Source of the DNA: Polyangiaceae bacterium
GTDB taxonomy: Bacteria; Myxococcota_A; Polyangia; Polyangiales; Polyangiaceae
DNA length: 64,000 nucleotides
NCBI GenBank assembly: GCA_050287085.1
Contig: JBNKBE010000025.1
Location: forward strand, 19,097-83,096
Reading direction: 5' to 3'
The position numbers and the translations under genes were made by a program. Positions 1 through 9,966 of the stretch are shown here, piece by piece. Numbering within the stretch: the stretch's first letter is position 1; the number at the start of each line of letters is the position of its first letter. The notes beneath the pieces are model-generated. The model did not search any database and was not told the DNA's origin. It saw nothing but the letters and a program-made list of their open reading frames with translations.

Positions 1-93
1 ACCGTGCGCACAATCCCCGGTGACCGACCGCAGGTTGATCAGGTGCTCGAGAAGATCGAGCTATTCCGCAGCACGACTCCGCCGACGGCTTAG
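1..93 (+). CDS. probable 3' end of a gene entering from the left edge (…TVRTIPGDRPQVDQVLEKIELFRSTTPPTA*)
   Basis: Open frame from base 1 to TAG at 91-93, protein-like composition, convergent with the patatin gene; no family assignable. Confidence 0.4.
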   Translation, partial: TVRTIPGDRPQVDQVLEKIELFRSTTPPTA

Positions 94-160
94 CTTTCCG
101 TCTGCGAGCGCAGCGGTGCCGCGCCGGCCCCTCCACTCGGGGTCGCGCGGTGCTGCAGTC

Positions 161-1309
161 CTAAGCGTCCGCGGAAACGAGCAGCTTCTCCAGGTTTTCC
201 AGCTGCGCTTCGCTGTCGCGCCGGCCCATGGTGATCAAGCGCTCAGCAAAGCGGCCATCGAAGAGCAGCGCAGCAAGCAGGTCGCGTGGCTCCGAGGGAG
301 CAGCGCCCCAGCCTCGACTCAAATGTCGCAACATCCCTGGAAGAATGGCTTCGTACTCAGCGGCGATCTTCCCGATGTCCCCGGAAGGTCTCAAGATGAA
401 AGCCTCGACTGGACGGATGCCGTCGCTCGCCGTCGCCGATTGGATGACGCGATTCAGCTTCTGCAGATTGGCCAAGTCGGAATCCAGGTTGTCAATGAAC
501 AAGGAGTTCACCAACAACCCTGCAATTCGCGAAAGCGAGGGGTAGTGTTCGCTGGACGGCGAGTCTCTCGGTGAAAGCGACGGTTCGCGGAGGTTAGAAA
601 TGGCCAGAATCCGTCGCGCGCCGAGGTGAATCGCCGGCGATAGTGGGGTCGTCTGACGAATCCCCCCGTCGCCATGCCAGCCCGTCCCAACACGCACGGC
701 TGGAAAGAGCAGTGGAATCGCCGCCGACGCCAGCACGTGCTCCCGCGTGAGGGTGACAGCTACACTGCGCCGATACGGACGCTGCCACGGACTGGGCAGC
801 GCCCCCTGCACGAAAGTCTCGGCCTGACCCGTCGTGTAGTTGGTGGTGGTAAGCGCAACGGACCGGATCCTTCCGAGGGTAATGTTTCTGGTGATGCCGG
901 TCGGGACACCAACGGGGAAGAGACGCCCCAGCATGTCTCGCAGCGGCGCTGTGTCCACCATGCCGCGAATAGAACCGCCGACGTTGCCAGCCAGCGCCAA
1001 CTGACCAAACCAGCGCATGGCCGTTGCGAGCAACGACGTCGCTTCCAAGCGGAATACCTGCTCCGGACTGAGACGAAGCCAGAGTTGCTCCAAATCGGCG
1101 ACCGCCGCGCCAAAGGATCCGGGGTGGGCGGCAAGAAACGCCGCGTTGATCGCTCCGCCCGACACGCCGGTATAGATGGGGACAGACAGCTTCGGGAAGC
1201 GTTCTGCAATGCCACTGAGAACCCCCACCTGATAGGCGGTGCGCGCACCGCCGCCAGGAAGAACCAGCGCCAACAAGTCGGCGTCACTTGCGCCCCGCGT
1301 ATCAGTCAC
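161..1309 (-). CDS. patatin-like phospholipase
   Basis: GGGART Gly-rich loop, GVSGG (GxSxG) nucleophile, DGG motif; GTG start at 1309 overlaps the upstream stop (GTGA). Confidence 0.9.
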   Translation of the reverse strand: MTDTRGASDADLLALVLPGGGARTAYQVGVLSGIAERFPKLSVPIYTGVSGGAINAAFLAAHPGSFGAAVADLEQLWLRLSPEQVFRLEATSLLATAMRWFGQLALAGNVGGSIRGMVDTAPLRDMLGRLFPVGVPTGITRNITLGRIRSVALTTTNYTTGQAETFVQGALPSPWQRPYRRSVAVTLTREHVLASAAIPLLFPAVRVGTGWHGDGGIRQTTPLSPAIHLGARRILAISNLREPSLSPRDSPSSEHYPSLSRIAGLLVNSLFIDNLDSDLANLQKLNRVIQSATASDGIRPVEAFILRPSGDIGKIAAEYEAILPGMLRHLSRGWGAAPSEPRDLLAALLFDGRFAERLITMGRRDSEAQLENLEKLLVSADA

Positions 1310-2325
1310 GGCTTGTTGGCTTCCAGAACGCGCACATCGTTGCCTGCGATTTCCAAAGCGGCCACGACATGCCCGCCGTAATAGGCTGACATACCCACGT
1401 CGATGCGCCAAACCTGACCATCGCAGGCCGAGTTAATGCGTTTTTGGACCGTGTGCCCGACCACCATGCGCTTGACCTTCAAACGCTGCAACACCTCCGA
1501 CAGCTCGCCGCATCGCTTGTGCTTGATCTGCCCGTCGGAGAAGCGACGAGTCCACACCGGCGCGTCGCTGTCGGCAATAGCGCGAAGCGGGCGCCCGCCG
1601 TCCCGAAGCCAAGTGGAAGTCTCGTCGTTGAGTCGCGCAATGCCGTAGTCGACGTGAGAGCCTAGAACGCCGCCGTGCGCGAATACCGTATCACCCACAA
1701 CAACGATGACCGGATGCTCCGCAAGCAGACGAGACCACTCCCCACCGGGAAGAAACGCTCCCGCCCGCCCGCGCGCCTGAGCGCCCAATTGCTCCAGCAC
1801 GGGCTGCGCGAAGCGACTGGTATCCGCCTGCTGAAAGGCCTCGAAGCCACGCTTGGTCACGTAGCGAAAGTCACCCGACGCATTCATGGTCTCGTGATTG
1901 CCGTTGAGCACCAGCAGGCGCCCACCGGCCTTCCGGGCTTGAGGTTCGAGCTCTCGGAGCAGTGTCAGTAGCTCCTGCTCGGTGTCCCCCCTATCGAGCA
2001 AGTCCCCGGTTTGCACCAACGTGGTGTTGCCACCAATCCACTGTCCGGCACTGCCCAGCACTCCTGCCAGTCGCAGCACAGCCCTTGCGGCTTCCACGTC
2101 GCCATGTAAGTCCCCGACCGCAACCACCCGCCCCGGAGGCGCAATGCGATACGGCCCGAGCTCGGCCTCCCGGTCTTTCCCCGGCCCCTGTGTGCTCGTG
2201 ACGGCTTTTACCGTCGCGCCCCCCGTCCCCGACGGAGCGGGCTGCGCGTCGCTTCTGCTGCAGGCGGCGACAAGAAACCATGCCCCCACCGCCATCAGAG
2301 CCGCTCGCCAATTCGTGGTTGTCAT
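1306..2325 (-). CDS. calcineurin-like metallophosphoesterase, Shewanella-like (SLP) type, predicted lipoprotein
   Basis: GDLHGD, GDLLDRG, GNHE, AHGG, GHT and IDVG motifs; signal ending LVAAC lipobox. Confidence 0.88.
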   Translation of the reverse strand: MTTTNWRAALMAVGAWFLVAACSRSDAQPAPSGTGGATVKAVTSTQGPGKDREAELGPYRIAPPGRVVAVGDLHGDVEAARAVLRLAGVLGSAGQWIGGNTTLVQTGDLLDRGDTEQELLTLLRELEPQARKAGGRLLVLNGNHETMNASGDFRYVTKRGFEAFQQADTSRFAQPVLEQLGAQARGRAGAFLPGGEWSRLLAEHPVIVVVGDTVFAHGGVLGSHVDYGIARLNDETSTWLRDGGRPLRAIADSDAPVWTRRFSDGQIKHKRCGELSEVLQRLKVKRMVVGHTVQKRINSACDGQVWRIDVGMSAYYGGHVVAALEIAGNDVRVLEANKP

Positions 2326-2436
2326 CAGATCTTTCGGGTCTCCTAGTCCAACGGCCGAGAACGCTCGAGCCGTAGCCGCTTTGCCAATCAGCGCACTGGG
2401 CGTCGAAAAAACGATACCCCCGTTGTACTGGCCTGA

Positions 2437-4095
2437 TCAGTCTAGGGTCTCTTTGCGCCGCACCAGGTGGAATAACACGGTCGGTTTGCTCGCGTTGTAT
2501 TGCTGACACCAGGAGCGAACGAGGCGACATACCCGGGACTCCAAGTCAGCAGCCGCCAGGTGATAGCGACCTGAGCAATATTGGCGCACCGACTGCGTCA
2601 GGGTGGCAACATCGGAGTCGGCGCGAAAGGGCACGCCTCGAGTCGCCACGCTGCACCCCAGTTCACCACCGACCCAATGGACCACGACGCTGACCACGCC
2701 TGCACGCGCGGCTTGGCGACGTTCCAGCACGATGTCGCCGGACACAGGTTGGCGATCGAGGCCGAGCGCAACAACTCCAACCGGAAAGTCCGGTCCGCGA
2801 CGCAGTCGCCCATCCACCAGCTCAGCGGCCTGCCCATTTTCGACCACAAGAACCTCGGCGTCGATGGCCTGTGCCGCCATCCGCGCGTGCTCTTCGAGGT
2901 GGGCGCGGGTGCCATGCACCGGCAGGAACGCGCGGGGCCGGAGCAACTCAAGCAGGTGCCGCTGCTCCTCACGATAGGCATGCCCACTGGTGTGAATGCC
3001 CTTCATGCCACTGACGACATCAACTCCTGAGCGAAGCAATTGGTCTATCAAGGACGATACCGCTCTCTCATTGCCAGGAATCACGCGCGACGAGAAGATC
3101 ACCCGATCCCCCGGCTCCAGCGCGACGAAGCGGTGCTGGCCCGCTGCGAGGCGGCACAACGCCGAGGCGGGCTCCGCCTGGGTGCCCCCCGTGAGGATTA
3201 GGACTTCCCGGGCAGGAAACGTCGGCAAGTGCTCCGGCGGCAGCAGCATCGAGTCCGACCACTTGAGATAGCCGAGCCGCCGGGCTAGCTCCACGTGCCG
3301 CTGCAAGCTCCGCCCCAGCAAGCAGATGCGCCGGCCAGTGGCTTTGGCGGCCTCGCCCAGGGCTATGAGGCGGTGTACGTTGGACGCAAATAGCGCCACG
3401 AAGACACGTTTTGGGGCCGCGGAAATCTGCTCTTGGAGGACCGTCGCCACAGCGCTCTCTGAGCCGGAATACCCCGGCGAAAAGACGTTGGTGCTGTCGC
3501 TCATGAGGAGCGTCACGCCTTCATCTCCGAGCGCCTCCAGACGAGCCTCATCCGTGCGCTGGCCGTCCATGGGCGCGTCGTCGAACTTGAAGTCCCCGGA
3601 ATGTACAACCAAACCCGCGGGCGTCCGGATGGCCAAAGCACAGGCCCCGACGATCGAGTGGGTTACGGCGATGGCTTCGATACTGAACGAGCCGATCTGG
3701 AAACTGTCGCCCGGATGGTAGACAACGACATCGGGCTGAGCCTCCGCTTCACTTTCCCGGGCCCGCTCTCGAATCAGCTCCGCTGCGTAGGGCGGTGCCC
3801 AAATCCTGAGCGGTAGCACTGAGTTCAGGTAGGGCAGAGCCCCGATATGATCCTCGTGCCCGTGGGTGATAACGATGCCGCGTAGCGCAGAGCGATGCTC
3901 AACGGCCCAGCGCAGCTCCGGACACAATACCTCCAGCCCGAGCTCCGCTTCCGGGTATTGCACCCCGCAATCCACCATGATGACGTCGCCCCCACAGCGG
4001 AGCGCCATACAGTTCATGCCGATTTGGCCCAACCCGCCCAGCGGAAATAGCCCCAAGGGCTCGGACGGGGCAGATGGGTCGCGCAACGGCACCAT
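2437..4095 (-). CDS. rnj: ribonuclease J
   Basis: LGGLGQIGMN, THGHEDHIG metallo-beta-lactamase motif, HSGDFK, SDSTN, IPGNE, HTSGH; 552 aa. Confidence 0.95.
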   Translation of the reverse strand: MVPLRDPSAPSEPLGLFPLGGLGQIGMNCMALRCGGDVIMVDCGVQYPEAELGLEVLCPELRWAVEHRSALRGIVITHGHEDHIGALPYLNSVLPLRIWAPPYAAELIRERARESEAEAQPDVVVYHPGDSFQIGSFSIEAIAVTHSIVGACALAIRTPAGLVVHSGDFKFDDAPMDGQRTDEARLEALGDEGVTLLMSDSTNVFSPGYSGSESAVATVLQEQISAAPKRVFVALFASNVHRLIALGEAAKATGRRICLLGRSLQRHVELARRLGYLKWSDSMLLPPEHLPTFPAREVLILTGGTQAEPASALCRLAAGQHRFVALEPGDRVIFSSRVIPGNERAVSSLIDQLLRSGVDVVSGMKGIHTSGHAYREEQRHLLELLRPRAFLPVHGTRAHLEEHARMAAQAIDAEVLVVENGQAAELVDGRLRRGPDFPVGVVALGLDRQPVSGDIVLERRQAARAGVVSVVVHWVGGELGCSVATRGVPFRADSDVATLTQSVRQYCSGRYHLAAADLESRVCRLVRSWCQQYNASKPTVLFHLVRRKETLD

Positions 4096-4125
4096 TCCCA
4101 GACTGTAGCGTGCCTGTCAGAGAAT

Positions 4126-4142
4126 GGAGAACTGAGTTCTCC
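4126..4142. promoter_or_regulatory. perfect 7-3-7 palindrome GGAGAAC-TGA-GTTCTCC between divergent rnj and rhodanese genes
   Basis: Exact inverted repeat seen directly; operator role is inference. Confidence 0.4.
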
Positions 4143-4205
4143 TTTATCTCCGAACCCGCGTTGTGGGTGGTTGACAGGCCATCTCGGGCAGGACACGCCC
4201 CTGTC

Positions 4206-4661
4206 ATGAGCGCATGGCACGAACTGGACGACGCCCACCTGATGGCCTCACTGCTTCGTGGAGAGCCCTACCTCGACGTTCGCACTGCAGAGGAGTTTGC
4301 CCTGGGTCACATCCCGGGGGCCTACAATATTCCGTGGCAACTCGGAACCCTGGCCGGTTTCGTCGCAAACCACGACTTCATTCGGGTGGTGCTCGCCACT
4401 TTTGCGGCTGGAAACGTGGTGATTCTGGGGTGTCAGAGCGGCGGACGGGCGCGCTCAGCCGCTTCCCATCTCGCCCGGGAGGGTCTTGTGGTCAAAGTGG
4501 ACTCCGCCGGACTCGATGGCCCCAGGGACGCGTTTGGCCGGCGCCTGCCGGGATGGAGGGCACGCGGTCATGAGGTGGCGTTGCACGCCGCTCCGGGCCG
4601 GACCTACGATGAGCTTGTGGCGCTAGCCAGCGCCACGGGCGAGGTTCGAGGTCCGCGCTGA
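4206..4661 (+). CDS. rhodanese-like domain protein
   Basis: LDVRT.EEF..GHIPGA and CQSGGRA active-site loop; ATG 4206 chosen over the longer ORF. Confidence 0.88.
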   Translation: MSAWHELDDAHLMASLLRGEPYLDVRTAEEFALGHIPGAYNIPWQLGTLAGFVANHDFIRVVLATFAAGNVVILGCQSGGRARSAASHLAREGLVVKVDSAGLDGPRDAFGRRLPGWRARGHEVALHAAPGRTYDELVALASATGEVRGPR

Positions 4662-4725
4662 GGCCGCGACAAGCCCACACGCCACAGCCACAGGAGCGGC
4701 AGTACGACCCTCCCAGTCGTGGGCC

Positions 4726-5337
4726 TTAAGGTTGTTGGGCGCCCTGCGCGCTTCGCTGCCCGCGCTCAAATTCCTTCGCAGCTTGTTCGATCATCGCAAA
4801 GTCACGCGCCGCCCGATCCGCCTCAGCGACCAATGTCGACGTAAAGAGGGTCAGGCCCCAGATCCCGTTCTCGCGTCGGCGAAAGGGGTAGCGAGTCCCC
4901 CGGACCGTTTCTACGGTCGCGCGCTCGCCCTCGACATGTACGCTTTGAACGCCGGACAGATCGCGCCGCAGTTGATCAATCCACCCTTGCCGTCGTGCGT
5001 AGTACTCGAAGATCCCGGGACCTGCTTCGGCTTTCACAAGGGGCGCGAGGCGCGCTACCAGCACCGCCTTCTCCGCTTCCGGATAAGCCGCTTCAAGCTG
5101 GTGAAGCGACTTGGCATCGTATTCGTGGATCGTGAAGCAGGCGTGCTGAGCCGCGGTTTCGAGATAGGGAAATAGCCCCTTGGGCTCACCTGAATTGACA
5201 GCTGTCATCACCCGCAGGTAAGCCCCCTTCGGAGTGGTGTCCTTGGGATAGAACAACCACATCACGACAACGGCCGCCAACAGCAGCCCAGCGCTTGCGG
5301 CCCACCACGGGACGCGGCCGACGCCAGGTACTCGCAT
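4726..5337 (-). CDS. hypothetical protein with N-terminal membrane anchor
   Basis: 203-aa ORF with one hydrophobic helix (AGLLLAAVVVMWLFY) then a soluble domain. Confidence 0.75.
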   Translation of the reverse strand: MRVPGVGRVPWWAASAGLLLAAVVVMWLFYPKDTTPKGAYLRVMTAVNSGEPKGLFPYLETAAQHACFTIHEYDAKSLHQLEAAYPEAEKAVLVARLAPLVKAEAGPGIFEYYARRQGWIDQLRRDLSGVQSVHVEGERATVETVRGTRYPFRRRENGIWGLTLFTSTLVAEADRAARDFAMIEQAAKEFERGQRSAQGAQQP

Positions 5338-5468
5338 CCCCGCCCATTAGACGACGCCGTCCCGGCTTGCAACCCCGCTGCTAGCTCCGGGAAGGGTCGG
5401 TCCGGGCCCACAGCCAGGTCCGACAGTGAGCACTTGCTCGAAACCAAGCTTGCCCCGATTCTGGTCGG

Positions 5469-6254
5469 ATGTGGAACGGTCTCCGCGTTGCCGTCGTCGT
5501 GCCCGCCTTCAATGAGCAGCGGCTCATCGCATCCATGCTGGCCGCTCTTCCCTCATGGGTGGATCGCGTCGTGGTGGTCGACGACTGCAGCGAGGATCAA
5601 ACCCGAGAGGTGGTCAGGGCGCTCGAAAACGAACGACTCGTATTGCTCACGCATGAAACCAATCGAGGAGTAGGTGCCGCGATAGTCACTGGTTATCGCT
5701 ACGCCCAGGCAAGCCACGACGTCTTGGTGGTCATGGCCGGAGACAACCAGATGTCTCCCGACGACCTCCCCAGCCTCCTCGCCCCGATTCTGCGGGGCGC
5801 GGCATACGTCAAAGGGAATCGCTTCCGACACGCCAAGTACGGCGACATGCCCTGGCATCGACGACTAGGAAGTCGTCTGCTCTCCGGCCTCACCCGGCGA
5901 CTCACGGGGCTTTCCGTGGACGATTGCCAATGCGGATTCACAGCGCTGGCCGCTGGCACGGCCCAGATTCTGCCGCTGGAACAGCTCTGGCCACGCTACG
6001 GCTACCCCAACGACCTACTCGCGATGCTTGCCGCCTTCGACGCCGACGTCCGGGAAGTCCCGGTCAAACCGGTCTATGGGAACGAGAAGAGTGGGCTGCA
6101 CCCGGGTCACCTCCTGCATATCGCTTGGCTCGGAGTATCTCGAAGAAAGCTCTATCGCGGCTGCGCCAAGACCAGATGCCAAGACGGCCCTGGTACGACA
6201 CCGGCCTTGTCAGCAAGCCGTTCGTTCGACCGGTTGCCAGCCAGCACGCCCTGA
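5469..6254 (+). CDS. glycosyltransferase family 2 (DPM-synthase-like)
   Basis: VVVPAFNE, VVVDDCSED, NRGVG, D.QCGF motifs. Confidence 0.9.
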   Translation: MWNGLRVAVVVPAFNEQRLIASMLAALPSWVDRVVVVDDCSEDQTREVVRALENERLVLLTHETNRGVGAAIVTGYRYAQASHDVLVVMAGDNQMSPDDLPSLLAPILRGAAYVKGNRFRHAKYGDMPWHRRLGSRLLSGLTRRLTGLSVDDCQCGFTALAAGTAQILPLEQLWPRYGYPNDLLAMLAAFDADVREVPVKPVYGNEKSGLHPGHLLHIAWLGVSRRKLYRGCAKTRCQDGPGTTPALSASRSFDRLPASTP

Positions 6255-6385
6255 CCTGCGCTCGGCGCCTCTCTAGGGGCCGCGGCGGCAACGTGTCGAC
6301 CACCGTCACGGCGGCAGCCGCGACCTCCCGTCTGCACGTCGACGGCAAGCCGCGAACGAGGCTCCGCTTTCCAAGTGCGCCGGCC

Positions 6386-9277
6386 TCAGTGGCAGTCCCA
6401 CGGCTGAGCCGTCAGCTCTCCCCCGCCAGGCTCCTCGCGAAAAAGCCACGACGTCATCCCCTCAACCAAGAGGACGCGAGCACTGAGCGGTCCGCCGTCG
6501 CTTGCTTCGGCCGCGTAAGCCGAAAGACACGGATCGGTCGGGCTCCCCTGGGCCAACGTGCCGCGGGTCGTGAAGGTCGCTACCGCGCCGCTTGGAGCCT
6601 CGAAGCGAACCTGCCGCGCAAGCGCGGGCTCGTCCGGAATCACCCAGCGGGGCGTCGTGGACAATTCGTCGCGACGACATGGGCGCAGCGACGACGCGAA
6701 CTCGCGAAGACGGAAAGCCACTAGCTGCTCGCGCTCTCCGTCGCTGCGCTGCCCGTTGAGCACGAGCTCTGACCCGTTGGGAGGTGCATCCGCGAGGTGG
6801 CTGATCCAGGGCTTGCCTTCGAACCATACGACGCGCCCTGGAGGACGCTCCGGACCCAGCGGGGGTCCGAGCGTTACGGCGTGCGCGGCCCCCTGTAGGT
6901 CGGTTCTGCTGAACACCCCCGTCGCAGCGTGAAAACTGACCCAGGCGCCTTCCTGATAACTCGACAGCGACTCCGCCGGCAGCGCCGGGCGTCGTTCCAA
7001 GGCCAGCGCTTCATGCCCCGGCAGCAGCTGGTACGTGCTTTCGCCCAAAGTCACAAAAGCCTCTCCTGGTCGGAGTCCGGCTTCCAGCAGCGGCTCGAGC
7101 TCTGGCTCGGTAGCATAGCGAGGCGACAAGGCCGCGACACTGACTGCCGCAGCGTAACGCGCATCCACCCAGACAAGCCGTCCATCGTCCAGAAGTTCCC
7201 CCACAACCGGCGCGAGGCTTGCACCCAGCCCCAACGAACGCTGTGTGATCTTCTGCCCTGACGCATGACTGACCAAGTGAGCGTGGCGACGGGAAGCCGT
7301 CACCGTCACCCAATCGGCATCGGGCAGCGCCAAGTGTTCAAGCTTGGGGGCGTGCGGCACCCCGGCCAGCCGCCGACCACGCCCCGCCGGGGCACACCGA
7401 ATGGTGGACGCAGCGCGGTCAAGCTCGCGGACTTCGACAACAGGCGGCACATCATCCGTTTCGGGCTTAACACCCGGAAGCGTCCCGTAGCCGTTGATCG
7501 TAAGCGCCCGCCCGAGCACACAACCGTGAGTTGTGCACACCAGGCCAGCCGCGGCCGCTTCGTCGCCAGGGACTGAAGAATCACTCGAGAACTCACCCAA
7601 CCCACGACGGCTGGTGCGCAAGCGCGCACCGTGGCTCTGGCGCTCGTAGACGGCGACGCGGCGCCCGTGAGCCGCGAGCTCAGCGCCGGCATCAAAGCCT
7701 GAATAGCTTCCGATACGCCTCCCCCGTGGCCCAAACGTGAGGTGCACTTGCACTTCACCCGATGCCGAACGCGACGTTAGCCCGACGAAGCCCTGGTCGT
7801 CCACGCTCACACGCACGCGACGGTCTAAGCGCTCCCGACTGGACTGCCCGACGTTGGAACGGCCGCCCCGGTCTTGGCCGGGAAGCTCCGCGACAACCGG
7901 CGCCCACCCAAAGGTCCGTCCCCCGTCCGCAGACAGATGGAGTCGCACTGCGTCATCCGCCTCGGAACGTGCCAGCACAGCAACCCGCTGCCCGGAGGGT
8001 GACACATCCAGGGCTAGGGGAGTTGCCGCTCCCGGAGAAAAACGCACGGCACTGAGCGTGCCCCCGGTCAGCACAGCCAGCGGCAGCTCGATACAAGCGT
8101 TCCGCTCCAAGGGTCGACATGCACCGGTCATCAACAGCCGCTCGGTATCATCTACCGCGACCGCAAAGCGCGGAAGGAAGACACGCCATTGCGCGGCGAG
8201 CACGAGCGCTGGCTCGGCCCCCAAGCGAAGCGAAAACAGGTCGACATCACCTGGCTCGCCCCTTGAGCGGACACAGGCTAGCCACCGCTTGTCCCCCCTT
8301 GCGATGGGAAAGAAGAGCTCACACGACACCTCTAGCTCAACGGCTTCGAGCGAGCCCCCCCAAGGACCCTCGAGCCAAGCGGGACGCCCCTCGACCTGCC
8401 GTACCTCGGCGTAGCGAAGTCCCGTCGGCGACGTGAAGAACAGGGCCTGCCCTGAGCGAACCCGCTCCGCATCGGGGCCGAGGGCGTTCGGGGGAAGCGC
8501 ACTCCTCGGCTCGATCGCCCTGTGTCTGCCTGACGGGGAATAGCCCCCGTCCCGGGTCACCAGCTCCAGCTCGCCGCCCGATGCGGCGAGCGCGACGACC
8601 CCACGCAGCGGCGCCGAAAGCGGGACCAGCTCTGTACCGGACACACGCCATACCTGCTCGGGAACGCTCAATACAAAGAGCTCACCGGCGGCGCTCGTGG
8701 CATCGAAGAAGAATGGACGAAGCGACCCGCTGAAAGAAGGGCTCCCCCAGCCCTTCTCGCCGAGATGCCAGCTCAATAGCCCTCCCCCCGAGGTCGTGAC
8801 CACTGCCCGGCCATGGTCGATCGCCGCCGCCACGACCCCGCCGGGACCACTCACGACGGGGTCGAGAGCGCCGAGCGGAGCATCGCTGTGGTAAACGCTG
8901 CCGCTCGCCCCGACGAAGTCGTAGCCCTGAGCGCTGCGCCCTGCCGCGATCAACGCTTCCGGGGCCACGGTGTCGGCGGGTTGAAGGCCGCCCGCCGCCA
9001 CCAACCACCGCTCCCCGTGTGTCCCGAGGAGCAGCTCCGCGTCATCGACGCGCAGACGCGGACCCGCTTCCGCAACGGCCGGATAGTGAGCCACTACCGT
9101 GGCGGGGGCTGACTGACCGGAGCCGCGCGGGGCGAGCGCGCCGTGCGCGAACAGAACCCGCACGGGGTCGCTCACGTCAGCAGGTCGAACTGGAGGGGCC
9201 TCGCTGACGCGTGGAGCACACGCCGCAACCAGCGCGGCCCCCCAGAGGATCAGCGTGTTGTTTCGGAGCACCCGCAC
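6386..9277 (-). CDS. large hypothetical lipoprotein (~960 aa), possibly beta-propeller-rich
   Basis: Long ORF, lipobox-like LVAAC, Asp-box-like S.DGG.TF motif; start uncertain (ORF extends to 9376). Confidence 0.7.
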   Translation of the reverse strand: MRVLRNNTLILWGAALVAACAPRVSEAPPVRPADVSDPVRVLFAHGALAPRGSGQSAPATVVAHYPAVAEAGPRLRVDDAELLLGTHGERWLVAAGGLQPADTVAPEALIAAGRSAQGYDFVGASGSVYHSDAPLGALDPVVSGPGGVVAAAIDHGRAVVTTSGGGLLSWHLGEKGWGSPSFSGSLRPFFFDATSAAGELFVLSVPEQVWRVSGTELVPLSAPLRGVVALAASGGELELVTRDGGYSPSGRHRAIEPRSALPPNALGPDAERVRSGQALFFTSPTGLRYAEVRQVEGRPAWLEGPWGGSLEAVELEVSCELFFPIARGDKRWLACVRSRGEPGDVDLFSLRLGAEPALVLAAQWRVFLPRFAVAVDDTERLLMTGACRPLERNACIELPLAVLTGGTLSAVRFSPGAATPLALDVSPSGQRVAVLARSEADDAVRLHLSADGGRTFGWAPVVAELPGQDRGGRSNVGQSSRERLDRRVRVSVDDQGFVGLTSRSASGEVQVHLTFGPRGRRIGSYSGFDAGAELAAHGRRVAVYERQSHGARLRTSRRGLGEFSSDSSVPGDEAAAAGLVCTTHGCVLGRALTINGYGTLPGVKPETDDVPPVVEVRELDRAASTIRCAPAGRGRRLAGVPHAPKLEHLALPDADWVTVTASRRHAHLVSHASGQKITQRSLGLGASLAPVVGELLDDGRLVWVDARYAAAVSVAALSPRYATEPELEPLLEAGLRPGEAFVTLGESTYQLLPGHEALALERRPALPAESLSSYQEGAWVSFHAATGVFSRTDLQGAAHAVTLGPPLGPERPPGRVVWFEGKPWISHLADAPPNGSELVLNGQRSDGEREQLVAFRLREFASSLRPCRRDELSTTPRWVIPDEPALARQVRFEAPSGAVATFTTRGTLAQGSPTDPCLSAYAAEASDGGPLSARVLLVEGMTSWLFREEPGGGELTAQPWDCH

Positions 9278-9414
9278 AGCCTGAGTCAATCGAAAGCCCG
9301 AGCTCCTGTGGAGAAAGCCCGATCCAGCGCCCACGTGGCGCCGACACACCGCGCCCTGTCCGCGACGGCCCAACACGAGTCAGGGCCGTACGAGGCCATG
9401 GAACGGACCGGGGG

Positions 9415-9738
9415 TTATTCGCCGAGAAGAGCGAGTACCTTGGGCTTGGGCACGAGCCCAACGCTTTGAGAGATCGGCTGCCCGCCCTCGAAGACCACCA
9501 GCGTGGGCACACCACGCACCTGAAACTTGCTCGCAGTCATCGGCGCTTCGTCGATATCCAACTTGCCAACTTTGACTTTGCCTTCGAGCGCGTCGGCAAC
9601 CTCGTCGACGATCGGCGCCAAACGCTTACAGGGGCCACACCAAGTCGCAGTGAAGTCGACCAGGACTTTGCCCGGTGCCTTCAACACTTCTTCTTCAAAG
9701 TTGAGGTCGTTGAATTCATGTACGTTCTTATTTGCCAT
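9415..9738 (-). CDS. trxA: thioredoxin
   Basis: WCGPC active site, 107 aa from ATG 9738. Confidence 0.96.
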   Translation of the reverse strand: MANKNVHEFNDLNFEEEVLKAPGKVLVDFTATWCGPCKRLAPIVDEVADALEGKVKVGKLDIDEAPMTASKFQVRGVPTLVVFEGGQPISQSVGLVPKPKVLALLGE

Positions 9739-9966
9739 AGCGACTCCGACAGTTTCTAAACCCAAAACCGGGCATTCGAGACGAAACTCAGGTGCGCGCG
9801 AACCGCAGCAGAACCTGCCGGAGGGTCGTTTGCACCCCTTGGGTCGACACAATGCTGTGAGATCTTGGACTGAAGGACGAGCATAGCGCCTCCGGGAGCA
9901 AAGGAAACCCTTGACTTGACATCTCGCCCTGGCGAGGGCACGTCCGCCGGACGAAAGGACTGCGAC

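Noticed and set aside
161..1309. Patatin as a CBASS (CapV) or other defence effector
   Set aside because: No nucleotidyltransferase or defence genes nearby; context is housekeeping, although the left flank is outside the window
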